A stretch of DNA of 42,524 bases from an uncultured Dehalococcoidales bacterium (GCA_964396645.1 CAYNFV010000001.1:1-42524), one strand, 5' to 3'; positions 17,074 to 27,542 are shown, counted from the first letter of the stretch. The notes: generated from the sequence alone by a model not told the origin. Program-made: numbers and translations.

Positions 17074-17511
17074 CTAGAGATACATGCGGAAGCCGTAAGC
17101 AGAGGTCTTAAAGCCCAGCTTTTTATAGAACCAGTGAGCCTCACGGCGTTTTGTGCTGCTCATTAGCTGTAGCTTGTAGCAGCCAGCCTCACGGGCGCGG
17201 GCGAGGGCATAGTCCATGAGCTCTCGACCAACCCCCCGGCGGCGGTGAGCGGCGTCAACGACCAGGTTCTCCACAATGGCCCAGGGAAGAGCGCCGTGGG
17301 AGAAGTTGGGCACGATTAAGAACACCATGGTACCGACCACCGCCCCGCCTTCCTCAGCCACCAGAAGCTCATGGCCAGGCATTGAGCTAATCTCGGCAAA
17401 AACCGGCTCTGTCTCATGCCGGGTAAGGTCGTGGCGCTCACCGGTCAGCTCCTGGTAAAGCTCCAGTATACGCGGTATATCCTGCTCGGTAGCCGTTCTC
17501 ACCGTTGCCAT
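17074..17511 (-). CDS. GNAT-family N-acetyltransferase
   Basis: 145 aa with SD ggagga. The motif A region LVVDAAHRRRGVGRELM (R/Q-x-x-G-x-G/A) and C-terminal FYKKLGF are typical of GNAT enzymes. Confidence 0.8.
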   Translation of the reverse strand: MATVRTATEQDIPRILELYQELTGERHDLTRHETEPVFAEISSMPGHELLVAEEGGAVVGTMVFLIVPNFSHGALPWAIVENLVVDAAHRRRGVGRELMDYALARAREAGCYKLQLMSSTKRREAHWFYKKLGFKTSAYGFRMYL

Positions 17512-17526
17512 TTGAATCCTCCGCTA

Positions 17527-17874
17527 TTAAGACGGGCGCCTTCGCCGTAACCAGCCCGATACTAGATACAGGATACCAGCTACACCAAAAATTATCCAGG
17601 GCACGACGAGCGCCATGAGGTAAAAGGTGTCGTAGTTCATGGGCACTATGTTAACAAGGGCGATAACGCTGCCCGCTATTATAATAACACCGCCGGGGAT
17701 AGACCAAAACCAGGCGGCAGCCGCCAAGAAAATTACGGGAACAAGAACCAGGAGAAACCAGGCAGGGCTCGTTATGCAGCTAAAGGTAATAATAAAGGCC
17801 GCCAGGGAGACGAGGCTCAGAATACGGGCCGCCCAGCGCAGCCGTGCGCTCGCCCTAGAGGCGGGACTGCCCAT
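17527..17874 (-). CDS. Hypothetical small membrane protein (3-4 predicted TM helices)
   Basis: 115 aa with hydrophobic stretches separated by short loops and an RRRRPS tail. Its stop lies about 15 nt upstream of the GNAT start on the same strand. I recognise no family. Confidence 0.5.
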   Translation of the reverse strand: MGSPASRASARLRWAARILSLVSLAAFIITFSCITSPAWFLLVLVPVIFLAAAAWFWSIPGGVIIIAGSVIALVNIVPMNYDTFYLMALVVPWIIFGVAGILYLVSGWLRRRRPS

Positions 17875-17945
17875 GGTAACCAGCCTTCTCTACCGCCATT
17901 GTAGTATCGAATGGTGCCCTGTTCATAGCCAATACCCGGCACTAA

Positions 17946-19262
<1,317 letters not shown>

Positions 19263-19280
19263 CTATCTAAAATAAAAGGG

Positions 19281-19820
19281 CTATTTCTTTTTGCTATCTC
19301 GCCAGGCATAAAATAAACGCTGGCCGGCGGTGAAGAAACTAAAGGCGGCAATAACAGCCAGGGCGATAACCAGGGCGTTATCCAGGCCGCTCAATAGCAG
19401 ACCCAGCGCCAGCACGATGACTCTCTCGGAACGGGTAAAGATTCCCCTCCCCGGTTCCAGGTCGGCGTTCAGCGCCCGGGCACGGATATAGCTCACCAGC
19501 AGAGAGCTGACAAAGGCCAGGAAGACCAGCAACACCAGCCACAGCGTCTTTTCGAAGAAGACCAGAATGGCCGCAAAAAGCGCTGCGTCGGACAGTCGGT
19601 CGAGGGTGGAGTCGAGGACGCCGCCGAAGGGGGTAACCCGCCCGATGTGGCGGGCCAGCGCCCCGTCCAGGATATCAAAGAAGCCCGCCGCCAGCACGAC
19701 AAAGCCGGCGGCAAAGGGGTGCCCGGTAATGATAAGCGCCGCCGCCCCCAGGATTAAGACAAAGCCAAGCCAGCTTATAATATCGGGGGTTAACGGTGTC
19801 CGGGCTATAACCAGCACCAC
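19281..19820 (-). CDS. CDP-alcohol phosphatidyltransferase (candidate phosphatidylinositol-phosphate synthase)
   Basis: The CDP-alcohol motif is intact: DILDGALARHIGRVTPFGGVLDSTLDRLSD (D-G-x2-A-R-x8-G-x3-D-x3-D). It has about 6 TM segments. GTG start at 19820; the frame stays open upstream as far as the stop of the preceding GT gene. Confidence 0.8.
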   Translation of the reverse strand: MVLVIARTPLTPDIISWLGFVLILGAAALIITGHPFAAGFVVLAAGFFDILDGALARHIGRVTPFGGVLDSTLDRLSDAALFAAILVFFEKTLWLVLLVFLAFVSSLLVSYIRARALNADLEPGRGIFTRSERVIVLALGLLLSGLDNALVIALAVIAAFSFFTAGQRLFYAWRDSKKK

Positions 19821-19916
19821 CGGCCGGGTAAGGCGGTAGGCTATGTTGCGGCGAAACTGATACAGACCTGCGTCAGAGCCTGATTTCTGTGAAATGGCAT
19901 TACTCCCGCTTTTGGC

Positions 19917-21119
19917 TTAGACTAAAATCGGCGCCTTTTTAGACTGGGGAAACCTTTTCTTCCAGGGCGGTTCACTGAGCACCCGGTGGTAATAATCCAG
20001 GATAGTGCGGGCAATACCGTCCCAGCCAAACTTAAGGGCTTTAGCCCTCCCCTGAGCCCCCATCTCCCGCCGCCGCGGTTCGTCTTTCAGAAGAGAGACC
20101 AGTGCCTGAGCCAGGCTTTGGCTATCTTTCGGCGGCACCAGCTGCCCGTCAACGCCGCCGCTTACTACGCCGGCATAACCCTCTATGTTTGAAGCCACAA
20201 TCGGCTTAGCTAACGCCATCGCCTCCAGCAGAACAATGCCGAAGCTCTCCGAACCGGTGGCGGGGGCACAGAAAATATCGGCGGTCTTATAGTAGCGGGG
20301 CAAGTCCTCATAACTGGCAAAGCCGACAAAGACGACGTCTTTAAGACCGCTCCTGGCCACCTTCTTCTCGTATTTGCGCTGCAGCCTGGTGCCGGGACCG
20401 ACGGCAATGAGCCTTGAATCGGGTAATTCCTGCTTAACCCGCCCGAAGGCGTCGAGCAGGTAGTTCAAGCCCTTTCGCTTCTCCATACGGCCGACAAAGA
20501 GGATATTCAACATGCCGTCTTTGAATTCCTCAATTGGCGCTACATCGGGGGAGAAATGCTCTAAATCGACGCCGTTGGGGATGATATTATAGTATCCGGG
20601 GAAGTACCCGTGGGCGAACTCCATAGCCGGTTTAGAGACGGCAATCTTGCCGTCGAGCTTGCGGAACCACCTCTTCAAGAAAAACTTGCTAATTGGGCGC
20701 CCCAGATTATAACCGGGTCGGCCGTTGGTGGCGTGAAAGGTGCCCACCACTGCCGTATTCGATAAGCGGAGCACAGTGGTGCATAGCATGGGCATTAAGG
20801 GCTCATGGAGGTGGATGATATCGAATCTTTCCCGCTCGAGGACCTCTTTTATCCGGGAGGAGAGCCGCAGCGAAAGGGTAAGCCGGGCGATAGAACCGCT
20901 GGTGGGGACGGGGCGGGGCCGGCCGATGGGAATGAAGCGGTCGCCGAAGCCGGAAATAGCCTTGGAGGCGGGGGCGATGACCTTGACATCGTGGCCCAGC
21001 CGGGTAAATTGCTGCTCCAGACAGGAAATATGAATGCAGACGCCGCCGGGATAGGCGAAATCGTACGGCGAAACCAAAGCTATCTTCACGGCCCTACCCG
21101 AACCTCCGTGGCCAATCAA
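19917..21119 (-). CDS. GT4-family glycosyltransferase, PimA-like (phosphatidylinositol mannosyltransferase candidate)
   Basis: N-terminal ALVSPYDFAYPGGVCIHI, FDIIHLHEP, IAVS, IPNGVD, and the C-terminal GT-B motif ESFGIVLLEAMALAKPIVAS..G.LVPP. As I recall, this motif series matches mycobacterial PimA closely. TTG 21119 directly abuts the ino1 stop; GTG 21089 is an alternative start. Confidence 0.75.
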   Translation of the reverse strand: MIGHGGSGRAVKIALVSPYDFAYPGGVCIHISCLEQQFTRLGHDVKVIAPASKAISGFGDRFIPIGRPRPVPTSGSIARLTLSLRLSSRIKEVLERERFDIIHLHEPLMPMLCTTVLRLSNTAVVGTFHATNGRPGYNLGRPISKFFLKRWFRKLDGKIAVSKPAMEFAHGYFPGYYNIIPNGVDLEHFSPDVAPIEEFKDGMLNILFVGRMEKRKGLNYLLDAFGRVKQELPDSRLIAVGPGTRLQRKYEKKVARSGLKDVVFVGFASYEDLPRYYKTADIFCAPATGSESFGIVLLEAMALAKPIVASNIEGYAGVVSGGVDGQLVPPKDSQSLAQALVSLLKDEPRRREMGAQGRAKALKFGWDGIARTILDYYHRVLSEPPWKKRFPQSKKAPILV

Positions 21120-22214
21120 TCAAACGGGCGTGGTCTCCACTGGTTTATTAGCCGCGATAAACTCTTCTACATTTCGGCGAGCCTGGTCATCGGTGTACTG
21201 GACCGGCGGTGATTTCATGAAGTAGGACGAGGGAGATATCAAGGCCCCTTTAAGTCCACGGTCTAGGGCGAGCTTACAGCACCTTATAGCATCGATGACT
21301 ACCCCCGCCGAGTTGGGGCTGTCCCAGACCTCAAGCTTAAGCTCCAGGTTGAGGGGGACGTCACCGAAGGTGCGCCCCTCCATCCGGATATGGCAGAACT
21401 TGCGGTCGAGCAGCCAGGGGACGTAATCGCTGGGGCCGACATGGATGTCCTCAGGCCTCATCTCATAATCCAGCTGAGAGGTAACGGAAGTGGTCTTCGA
21501 TATCTTCTTGGACTCTAATCGCTCCCTCTCCAGCATATTGTAGAAGTCGGTATTGCCGCCGAAGTTCAACTGGTAGGTCCGCTCCAGTTTCACTCCGCGG
21601 TCCCCGAACAATCGGGTAAGAACGCGATGAGCAATGGTCGCTCCTACCTGGGATTTTATGTCATCTCCGATAACCGGCAGTCCGCTTTGCTCGAAACGCT
21701 GCTGCCAGTACTTCTCGCGGGCAATAAAGACCGGAATGCAGTTTACAAAGCCACAGCCGGCGGCTAAAACCTGCTCTATATACCATTTGGTGGCTTCTTC
21801 ACTACCCACCGGCAGGTAATTAATCACGACATCGGTATGGGTCTCTTTGAGGACTTTAACAATATCGGCGGTGGGGCCCGGCGCCTTGTCTATTATCTTG
21901 GATAGATAAAGACCCAACCCATCGTGAGTCATGCCCCGGTGAACCTTAACCCCGGTAGTGGGCACCTCACAAAACTTAAAGGTATTATTGGGCTCGGTGT
22001 AGATGGCGCGGGCCAGGTCCTTGCCCACCTTGTTCTTATCGATATCGAAGGCGGCCACGAAATTGATATCGCTGATATGATACCCGCCGAGATTGACATG
22101 CATAAGTCCAGGTACGAATTCGTTATCTTTGGCTTTCGCATAGTAGTGAACACCCTGAACCAAGGAAGAGGCACAATTGCCCACTCCTACTATGGCTACA
22201 TTTATTTTACCCAA
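21120..22214 (-). CDS. ino1: myo-inositol-1-phosphate synthase
   Basis: 364 aa. NAD-binding N-terminus [20 protein letters not shown], and SYxxxS/NHLGN-like regions typical of bacterial and archaeal MIPS. TTG start with SD aaggaggg. Confidence 0.9.
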   Translation of the reverse strand: MGKINVAIVGVGNCASSLVQGVHYYAKAKDNEFVPGLMHVNLGGYHISDINFVAAFDIDKNKVGKDLARAIYTEPNNTFKFCEVPTTGVKVHRGMTHDGLGLYLSKIIDKAPGPTADIVKVLKETHTDVVINYLPVGSEEATKWYIEQVLAAGCGFVNCIPVFIAREKYWQQRFEQSGLPVIGDDIKSQVGATIAHRVLTRLFGDRGVKLERTYQLNFGGNTDFYNMLERERLESKKISKTTSVTSQLDYEMRPEDIHVGPSDYVPWLLDRKFCHIRMEGRTFGDVPLNLELKLEVWDSPNSAGVVIDAIRCCKLALDRGLKGALISPSSYFMKSPPVQYTDDQARRNVEEFIAANKPVETTPV

Positions 22215-22443
22215 AGTCTAACTACCCTCCTTTTCAACAGCAAAACTTACGGGGAAAGACAAGCCCAACCACACCCAATAACATCTGCCAGTAACATTTC
22301 GCTGGAATTTATGGCCCAAGAGACGGCTAGCAAAGCAACTCTTTGGCGCAGCAAGCAGGAGCTCACACTCCTGCTAAACTTCGATACTTATACTGAAGAG
22401 GATTGTTTACTCCACCTCTAGCCGACGTAATTGGTCAGACTGG

Positions 22444-22584
22444 TTAGCCCTGACCGATCCTGAATACTTTTGTCCCGCAGGAAGGGCACACCCCTCTCGT
22501 TGCCGGCCGGCCATTCTTCAGGGTAACCTTCTGGGGATTCCGTATATCTACCTTACGTCTACACTTGAAGCAATACGCCTGCAC
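22444..22584 (-). CDS. 46-aa zinc-ribbon protein (DUF5679-like), absent from the ORF track because it is under 60 aa
   Basis: My own translation of the minus strand gives GTG(22584) VQAYCFKCRRKVDIRNPQKVTLKNGRPATRGVCPSCGTKVFRIGQG, then TAA (22446-22444). SD aaggggg lies 8 nt upstream. The CxxC-x24-CxxC layout and the ..NGRPA..G.CP.CGTKvFRIG core match what I recall of DUF5679. Confidence 0.7.
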   Translation of the reverse strand: MQAYCFKCRRKVDIRNPQKVTLKNGRPATRGVCPSCGTKVFRIGQG

Positions 22585-22655
22585 CTAAATCACCCCCTTC
22601 TTGGTATCGGTTGAACTATACCCCTTTAGAGGCAGGCTGTCAAGACCTGCGAATA

Positions 22656-23576
22656 CTATCTATCAGTAGTGGCAAAGACCTTTTCCGGCTGCCACTGCCC
22701 CTTTTCCCCGTCGAAGCAAAGCATAGCCAGGAAATCACCGTCACGGGTATAGACACGGCAGCGATTGCCCTCAACGGGCTGAGGCAGGTTATCGGCGCCT
22801 TCCGGAGCCAGGGGACGCCCGTTTTTTATATCTTCTCCGGCGGCATCATCGACCACCACCGCCCCCCACTGCGAAAGCACGCTGTCTATGGGATAGAGAA
22901 ACTGTTGCCAGTAGCCGTGGCGAAAACCCTCTTCAAGCTGCGGCACGGTAATGGCGTCTTCGATGGTAAAGATGCCGCACCTCAAACGGACCAAGCTTTT
23001 AAGGCTGCCCCCGCAGTCCAGGAGTTGCCCCAGGTCATCGGCCAGCGAGCGGATATAGGTGCCCTTGCTGCACTCCACCTCTACGGTAGCTACGGGCGGC
23101 TGCCAGTCCAAAAGCTCCAGGCGGTAGACCCACCTCTTCCGGCTCTTCCTGGCTACTTTGATACCGGAGCGCGCCAGCTGATAAAGCGGCTTGCCTTCGT
23201 GCTTGACCGCGCTGTACATGGGCGGGGTCTGCTCTATCAAGCCGCGAAAGGAGTCGAGCGCCGATAGTAACTTTTCCCGACTAATGCCGGAGGGGTCTCC
23301 CCGGCTGACAACAGTGCCGGTGGCATCATGGGTATCGGTAGCCACCCCCAGCTCTATCTCGGCCCGATAAGCCTTGGACGCCTCCACTAAGAACTCTATA
23401 ATACGCGTTCCCTGACCCAGGCAGACCGGCAAAACACCGGTAGCCGCCGGGTCCAGGGTGCCGGCATGCCCCACGCGCTTCTCTCCACTCAGGCGCTTTA
23501 CCAGGGAAACGATGCTGAAGGAGGTCTGGCCCCAGGGCTTATTGATGTTTAGTATGCCGTCCACGCTGGTCACCAT
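22656..23576 (-). CDS. truB: tRNA pseudouridine(55) synthase
   Basis: GILNINKP, the catalytic-Asp motif GHAGTLDPAATGVL, and a C-terminal PUA-like region. It overlaps the rbfA 3' end by 38 nt, so the start could be an internal GTG. Confidence 0.9.
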   Translation of the reverse strand: MVTSVDGILNINKPWGQTSFSIVSLVKRLSGEKRVGHAGTLDPAATGVLPVCLGQGTRIIEFLVEASKAYRAEIELGVATDTHDATGTVVSRGDPSGISREKLLSALDSFRGLIEQTPPMYSAVKHEGKPLYQLARSGIKVARKSRKRWVYRLELLDWQPPVATVEVECSKGTYIRSLADDLGQLLDCGGSLKSLVRLRCGIFTIEDAITVPQLEEGFRHGYWQQFLYPIDSVLSQWGAVVVDDAAGEDIKNGRPLAPEGADNLPQPVEGNRCRVYTRDGDFLAMLCFDGEKGQWQPEKVFATTDR

Positions 23577-23934
23577 GCTGGTCGGGAGGGGTATCGGCGC
23601 TGAGCTCGTCGATGAGCTGCAAAAGGTGGGTTCCCCGCTCGATAGAATCGTCCCAGTGAAAGCTCAGCTCGGGAATACGGCGCAGGCGCAGGCGCTTCGA
23701 CAGCTGGTTGCGCAGGAAGTTGGAGGCGGCTTCGAGCCCGCTCAGCATCTCCTGTTTTTCTTCTTCGCTGCCCATGCAGCTGACGAATACCTTGGCGTAG
23801 CGCAGGTCGGCGGAGGTGGAAACCTCGGTCACGGCGACGAACTTGCTCAGTCGGGGGTCTTTGACCTCGCGCTGTAGCAACTCGCTAATCTCATGGCGCA
23901 TGAGGCTGCTTACCCGCTCTATGCGACGTGCCAT
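23539..23934 (-). CDS. rbfA: 30S ribosome-binding factor RbfA
   Basis: RIERVSSLMRHEISELLQREVKDPRL..VTEVSTSADLRYAKVFVS matches the RbfA KH-like core. Confidence 0.85.
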   Translation of the reverse strand: MARRIERVSSLMRHEISELLQREVKDPRLSKFVAVTEVSTSADLRYAKVFVSCMGSEEEKQEMLSGLEAASNFLRNQLSKRLRLRRIPELSFHWDDSIERGTHLLQLIDELSADTPPDQHGDQRGRHTKHQ

Positions 23935-23943
23935 AACCGGCCC

Positions 23944-25710
23944 CTAGCTGGACCTCTCTTTGCGGTAGAATTCCAGTATATCGCCGACCTTAAAGTCCTC
24001 AAAGTCCTTGAGCCCCACCCCACACTCGTAGCCAGAAGACACTTCTTTAACGTCGTCCTTAAAGCGCCTCAGGCTGGCGACCTCAGATTCAACTATTACC
24101 TGCTCACCGCGCCGCACCCTCACCGAAGCGCCGCGGCTCACCTTGCCATCGTTGACGGCGACGCCGGCTACCTTCAGCTTCTTGCCGCTGGTGAAGACGG
24201 CTTTTACTTCCGCCCTGCCTTCGATAACCTCGACATAGGTCGGCTCCAGCATGCCTTTTAGCGCCTTCTCCACGTCGTCCACCAGGTTGTAGATGACGTC
24301 GTAGGAGCGAATATCGACCCCTTCAACCTCAGCCAGGCGTTTTGCCCCGGCTTCAATACCGGTGCCGAAGCCAATAATTAGCCCCTTGGAGGCAATAGCC
24401 AGCATGACATCGCTCTCGGTGATATTGCCGCTGCTGCTGTGAATAATCCTGACCTGGACCTTATCCGTGCCCAGCCGTTCCAGTGAGCTCCTTATCGGCT
24501 CGATAGTGCCCTGGACGTCGGCTTTAAGAACAACGTTAAGCTCCTTTACCTCTCCGGTGTTTATCTGGTCGAAGAGGTTGTCCAGACTTACCGCCCTGGG
24601 CGCCATCTCCTGCTGGTGCTTTTGTATCGCCGCCCGCGCCTGCTGCTCGCTAGACACGGCGTTCAGGGTCTCGCCCACCTGAGGCAGGCTATCCAGACCC
24701 AGGATGGCCACCGGCATGGATGGCTCGGCCTTTCTCACCCGCTTACCCACATCGTTGAACATCGCCCTTATTCGGCCCCAGGTGCTGCCCACGACCACAG
24801 TATCGCCAACCCTCAGCGTTCCGGTCTGAATCAGCACCGTAGCCATTGGTCCCCGGCTCTTGTCCATCTCGGCCTCAATAACCACCCCCACCGCCGGGCG
24901 CGACGGGTCCGCTTTAAGCTCCTCCATCTCAGCCACCACCAGGAGGTTCTCCAGTAGCTCGGAGATACCTGTCTTTTCCTTGGCCGAAATGGAAACGCAG
25001 ACCACATCCCCACCCCACTCCTCAACAACCAGGCCGGCATCGGCTAACTGCTGCTTAACCGCCTCGACGTTAGCCTCCGGCTTATCAATCTTGTTAATCG
25101 CCACCACGATGGGCACTCCCGCCGCCCGGGCATGGTCAATAGCTTCCAGGGTCTGCGGCATTACCCCATCGTCGGCGGCGACAACGAGGATGGTAATATC
25201 GGTCACCTGAGCGCCCCGAGCCCGCATCACGGTAAAGGCCTCGTGACCAGGGGTATCGAGGAAGGTAATCTTCTGCCCGTCAACCTCTACCTGATAGGCA
25301 CCGATATGCTGGGTAATACCCCCGGCCTCGGTATCCATCACGTTGGTCTCGCGGATAGCGTCCAGGAGTCGGGTCTTGCCGTGATTGACGTGCCCCATAA
25401 TGGTAACTACCGGCGGGCGTAGTTTCAGCCCGCCAGTCTCTTCCTCTTTAGGCTGATAGCGCTTGCTCTCGGCGGCACGGGTGGTGCGGGCCTCGGGATG
25501 GGCTTCATAGCCAAGGTTGACCGCTACCGCCGCCGCCGTCTCATAGTCAATGACCTGGTTAATATTGGCAAAAACGCCGTTTCGCATCAGCTGTTTGATG
25601 ACGTCAACGGCGCTGACTCCCAACAGCTCAGCCAGATGCCTCACGGCTATTGAGTGAGGAATCTCGATCAGCTTTGCTTCTGGTTCGCCTGATTTGCTCT
25701 TCTGGACCAA
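23944..25710 (-). CDS. infB: Translation initiation factor IF-2 (short N-terminus)
   Basis: G-domain motifs [16 protein letters not shown] and NKID, followed by domains II-IV. TTG start at 25710 with SD aaggag 7 nt upstream. Confidence 0.9.
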   Translation of the reverse strand: MVQKSKSGEPEAKLIEIPHSIAVRHLAELLGVSAVDVIKQLMRNGVFANINQVIDYETAAAVAVNLGYEAHPEARTTRAAESKRYQPKEEETGGLKLRPPVVTIMGHVNHGKTRLLDAIRETNVMDTEAGGITQHIGAYQVEVDGQKITFLDTPGHEAFTVMRARGAQVTDITILVVAADDGVMPQTLEAIDHARAAGVPIVVAINKIDKPEANVEAVKQQLADAGLVVEEWGGDVVCVSISAKEKTGISELLENLLVVAEMEELKADPSRPAVGVVIEAEMDKSRGPMATVLIQTGTLRVGDTVVVGSTWGRIRAMFNDVGKRVRKAEPSMPVAILGLDSLPQVGETLNAVSSEQQARAAIQKHQQEMAPRAVSLDNLFDQINTGEVKELNVVLKADVQGTIEPIRSSLERLGTDKVQVRIIHSSSGNITESDVMLAIASKGLIIGFGTGIEAGAKRLAEVEGVDIRSYDVIYNLVDDVEKALKGMLEPTYVEVIEGRAEVKAVFTSGKKLKVAGVAVNDGKVSRGASVRVRRGEQVIVESEVASLRRFKDDVKEVSSGYECGVGLKDFEDFKVGDILEFYRKERSS

Positions 25711-25721
25711 TAAATCGCTCC

Positions 25722-26024
25722 TTATCCCAGTCCCTGCCCGTATTTGATAAGCTGTTCCCGATTATGGGGACTGATGGCGGTGCGCAGGGCATGCTCCAGC
25801 CGCCCTTCTTTAAGACCCACCACCCAGCAATCCCCCGCCGAGCATAAATAGGCACCACGCCCCGCCTTCTTACCGCTACTATCCACCTCCACTCCGCCAT
25901 CGGCAATCCGCACCAGCCTAATCAGCTCTCGCTTGGGTCTGACTCGGCCACAAGCGACACAGGTCCGCTGTGGTATATGCTTAACCGAAGGTGAACTAAT
26001 ACTCCTCACCCTCCTCCTCATCAT
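25722..26024 (-). CDS. ylxR: YlxR/DUF448 family RNA-binding protein
   Basis: Core sequence [39 protein letters not shown]. The long ORF (to 26159) overlaps the nusA tail. I start it at ATG 26024; GTG 26009 is an alternative. The exact start is uncertain. Confidence 0.65.
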   Translation of the reverse strand: MMRRRVRSISSPSVKHIPQRTCVACGRVRPKRELIRLVRIADGGVEVDSSGKKAGRGAYLCSAGDCWVVGLKEGRLEHALRTAISPHNREQLIKYGQGLG

Positions 26025-27408
26025 AGACTTCTCGCTCACGGCGCTGCTTCCTGATTCTGACACCATCATCGGCACTTCGCTCAGGGGCGCCCTTCTTTTT
26101 CTTCTTCTTTGACTTGGAAGTCGCCTTGGTCGGAGCCGGTCCCAAAACGTCTTCAGCAAAGCGAAGTTTTGAAGGCGCCTCCGCCCCTACCTCTACCGGC
26201 GGCTTCAAAACAGTTTCGGGGGGCGCCAGCTCGGTCTCAAGAACAGGCTCGGGCTCAGGCTCGGGGACAGCCTCTTCCTCAGGGACCAGGGCTTCTTCCG
26301 GCACTACTTCTTCGGGCTCCTTGCCAGGCACAGCTGCTGCCTCAAGCTCAGCGGCCTTGACCAGCTTCTCTTCCTCAGCGATTGAGGCGCTCTTTATGTC
26401 AATCCGCCAGCCGCTGAGCTTAGCCGCCAGTCTGGCGTTCTGCCCTTCTTTACCGATGGCTAATGAGAGTTGTTTATCGGGGACAACCACCGTAGCTATC
26501 CCATTGTCTTTATCCAGCTCCACACTCAGTACCTGCGCCGGACTCAGGGCATTGGCAATGAAGGCTGCAGTATCCGAGCTCCACGAGACCACGTCCAGCT
26601 TCTCGCCGTTCAGCTCGCGCATAATATTCTGTATTCTGATGCCACGAAGCCCAACACAGCAACCAACGGGGTCGATGCCCTCCTGGCGTGCCGCCACCGC
26701 TATCTTACTGCGATAGCCAGCTTCGCGGGCGATTGCCTTAATCTCCACCACCCCACTCAAAACCTCGGGCACCTCAAGCTCAAAGAGACGGCGCAGTAAA
26801 TCGGGGTGAGAGCGTGAAACAACCACCTGCGGTCCCCGGCTCGTTCGTACCACCTCTAAAAGATAGACCCTAAGCCTCTGGCCTATGCGATACCTCTCAT
26901 TGCGCACCTGCTCGGCGGCGGGGAGTATCGCCTCGGCTCTACCCAGGTCAACGAAGAGCTGTCGGGGCTCCATGCGCTGCACCACACCGGTGACGATATC
27001 CCCTTCTTTATCGGAATATTCCTCGAAAATGGCGCTGTGCTCCGCCTCATGGAGGCGCTGGAGGATAACCTGCTTGGCCGTTTGCGCCGCAATGCGCCCG
27101 GCGTTGCGGGGGGTGGCTTCTACCATGACCACCTCGTCAAGCTGGACATCGGGCTTGAGCTTAGCCGCGTCGGCCAGCGATATCTCGCGGTGCGTATCCG
27201 AAGGCTGCTCGACGACGGTCTTTTCCGCCCACACCTTAACCCGTCCCGTGGCAGGGTCTATCTTGACCGCAATCTCCTGGGTAGGGGCAAAACTATCCTT
27301 CTTGTAAGCCGATACCAGCGCTGTTTCCACGGCGGAAAGAACCACCTCTTTGGGCAGGTTCTTCTCCGCCGAGAGCTGGGTTATGGCCAGCATAAATTCG
27401 CTCTTCAT
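25996..27408 (-). CDS. nusA: Transcription termination/antitermination factor NusA with a long acidic/Pro-rich then basic C-terminal tail
   Basis: N-terminal domain, S1 (GDIVTGVVQR), KH1/KH2 (FELEVPE.., GLRGIRIQNI, AIGKEGQNARLAAKL). The last roughly 130 residues (from about residue 341) are low-complexity. Confidence 0.9.
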   Translation of the reverse strand: MKSEFMLAITQLSAEKNLPKEVVLSAVETALVSAYKKDSFAPTQEIAVKIDPATGRVKVWAEKTVVEQPSDTHREISLADAAKLKPDVQLDEVVMVEATPRNAGRIAAQTAKQVILQRLHEAEHSAIFEEYSDKEGDIVTGVVQRMEPRQLFVDLGRAEAILPAAEQVRNERYRIGQRLRVYLLEVVRTSRGPQVVVSRSHPDLLRRLFELEVPEVLSGVVEIKAIAREAGYRSKIAVAARQEGIDPVGCCVGLRGIRIQNIMRELNGEKLDVVSWSSDTAAFIANALSPAQVLSVELDKDNGIATVVVPDKQLSLAIGKEGQNARLAAKLSGWRIDIKSASIAEEEKLVKAAELEAAAVPGKEPEEVVPEEALVPEEEAVPEPEPEPVLETELAPPETVLKPPVEVGAEAPSKLRFAEDVLGPAPTKATSKSKKKKKKGAPERSADDGVRIRKQRREREVYDEEEGEEY

Positions 27409-27450
27409 CCCCGCTTATATTACCTCCCGCCCGACTATTTTCCCCCTACA

Positions 27451-27480
27451 ACAAAAAAGTGGGTTTCTCTGCCCCACTTA
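27451..27480 (-). terminator. Intrinsic terminator / attenuator in the nusA leader
   Basis: The minus strand reads aagtggg-gcagagaaa-cccactt followed by ttttgttg (stems at 27479-27473 and 27463-27457, U-tract from the A-run 27458-27453). It lies between the predicted promoter (27514-27542) and the nusA ATG (27408). Confidence 0.5.
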
Positions 27481-27513
27481 ACAAGAACTTATCTAATTTG
27501 GTGTACCGTGTAG

Positions 27514-27542
27514 AGTATACCACAATAGGCGCTGGGATGCAA
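27514..27542 (-). promoter_or_regulatory. Promoter of the nusA operon (TTGCAT-17-TATACT)
   Basis: On the minus strand the -35 ttgcat lies at 27542-27537, the spacer is 17 nt, and the -10 tatact lies at 27519-27514. Confidence 0.5.

Noticed and set aside
17074-17874. GNAT acetyltransferase plus upstream small gene as a TacT/AtaT-type toxin-antitoxin pair.
   Set aside because: The upstream product is a polytopic membrane protein, not an RHH/DUF1778 antitoxin. The GNAT shows ordinary housekeeping-type motifs only.
22354-22375. Hairpin agcaggag-ctcaca-ctcctgct in the truB/ino1 intergenic region as a terminator.
   Set aside because: No U-tract follows on either strand and its position relative to the flanking genes is ambiguous. 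It may be a structural element, but the evidence is insufficient.
21924-22421. 165-aa plus-strand ORF spanning the ino1 5' end and the upstream intergenic region.
   Set aside because: It is mostly antisense to ino1, has no SD, and its product has no recognisable features. The intergenic part is better explained by the ino1 promoter/leader and the DUF5679 gene's 3' region.
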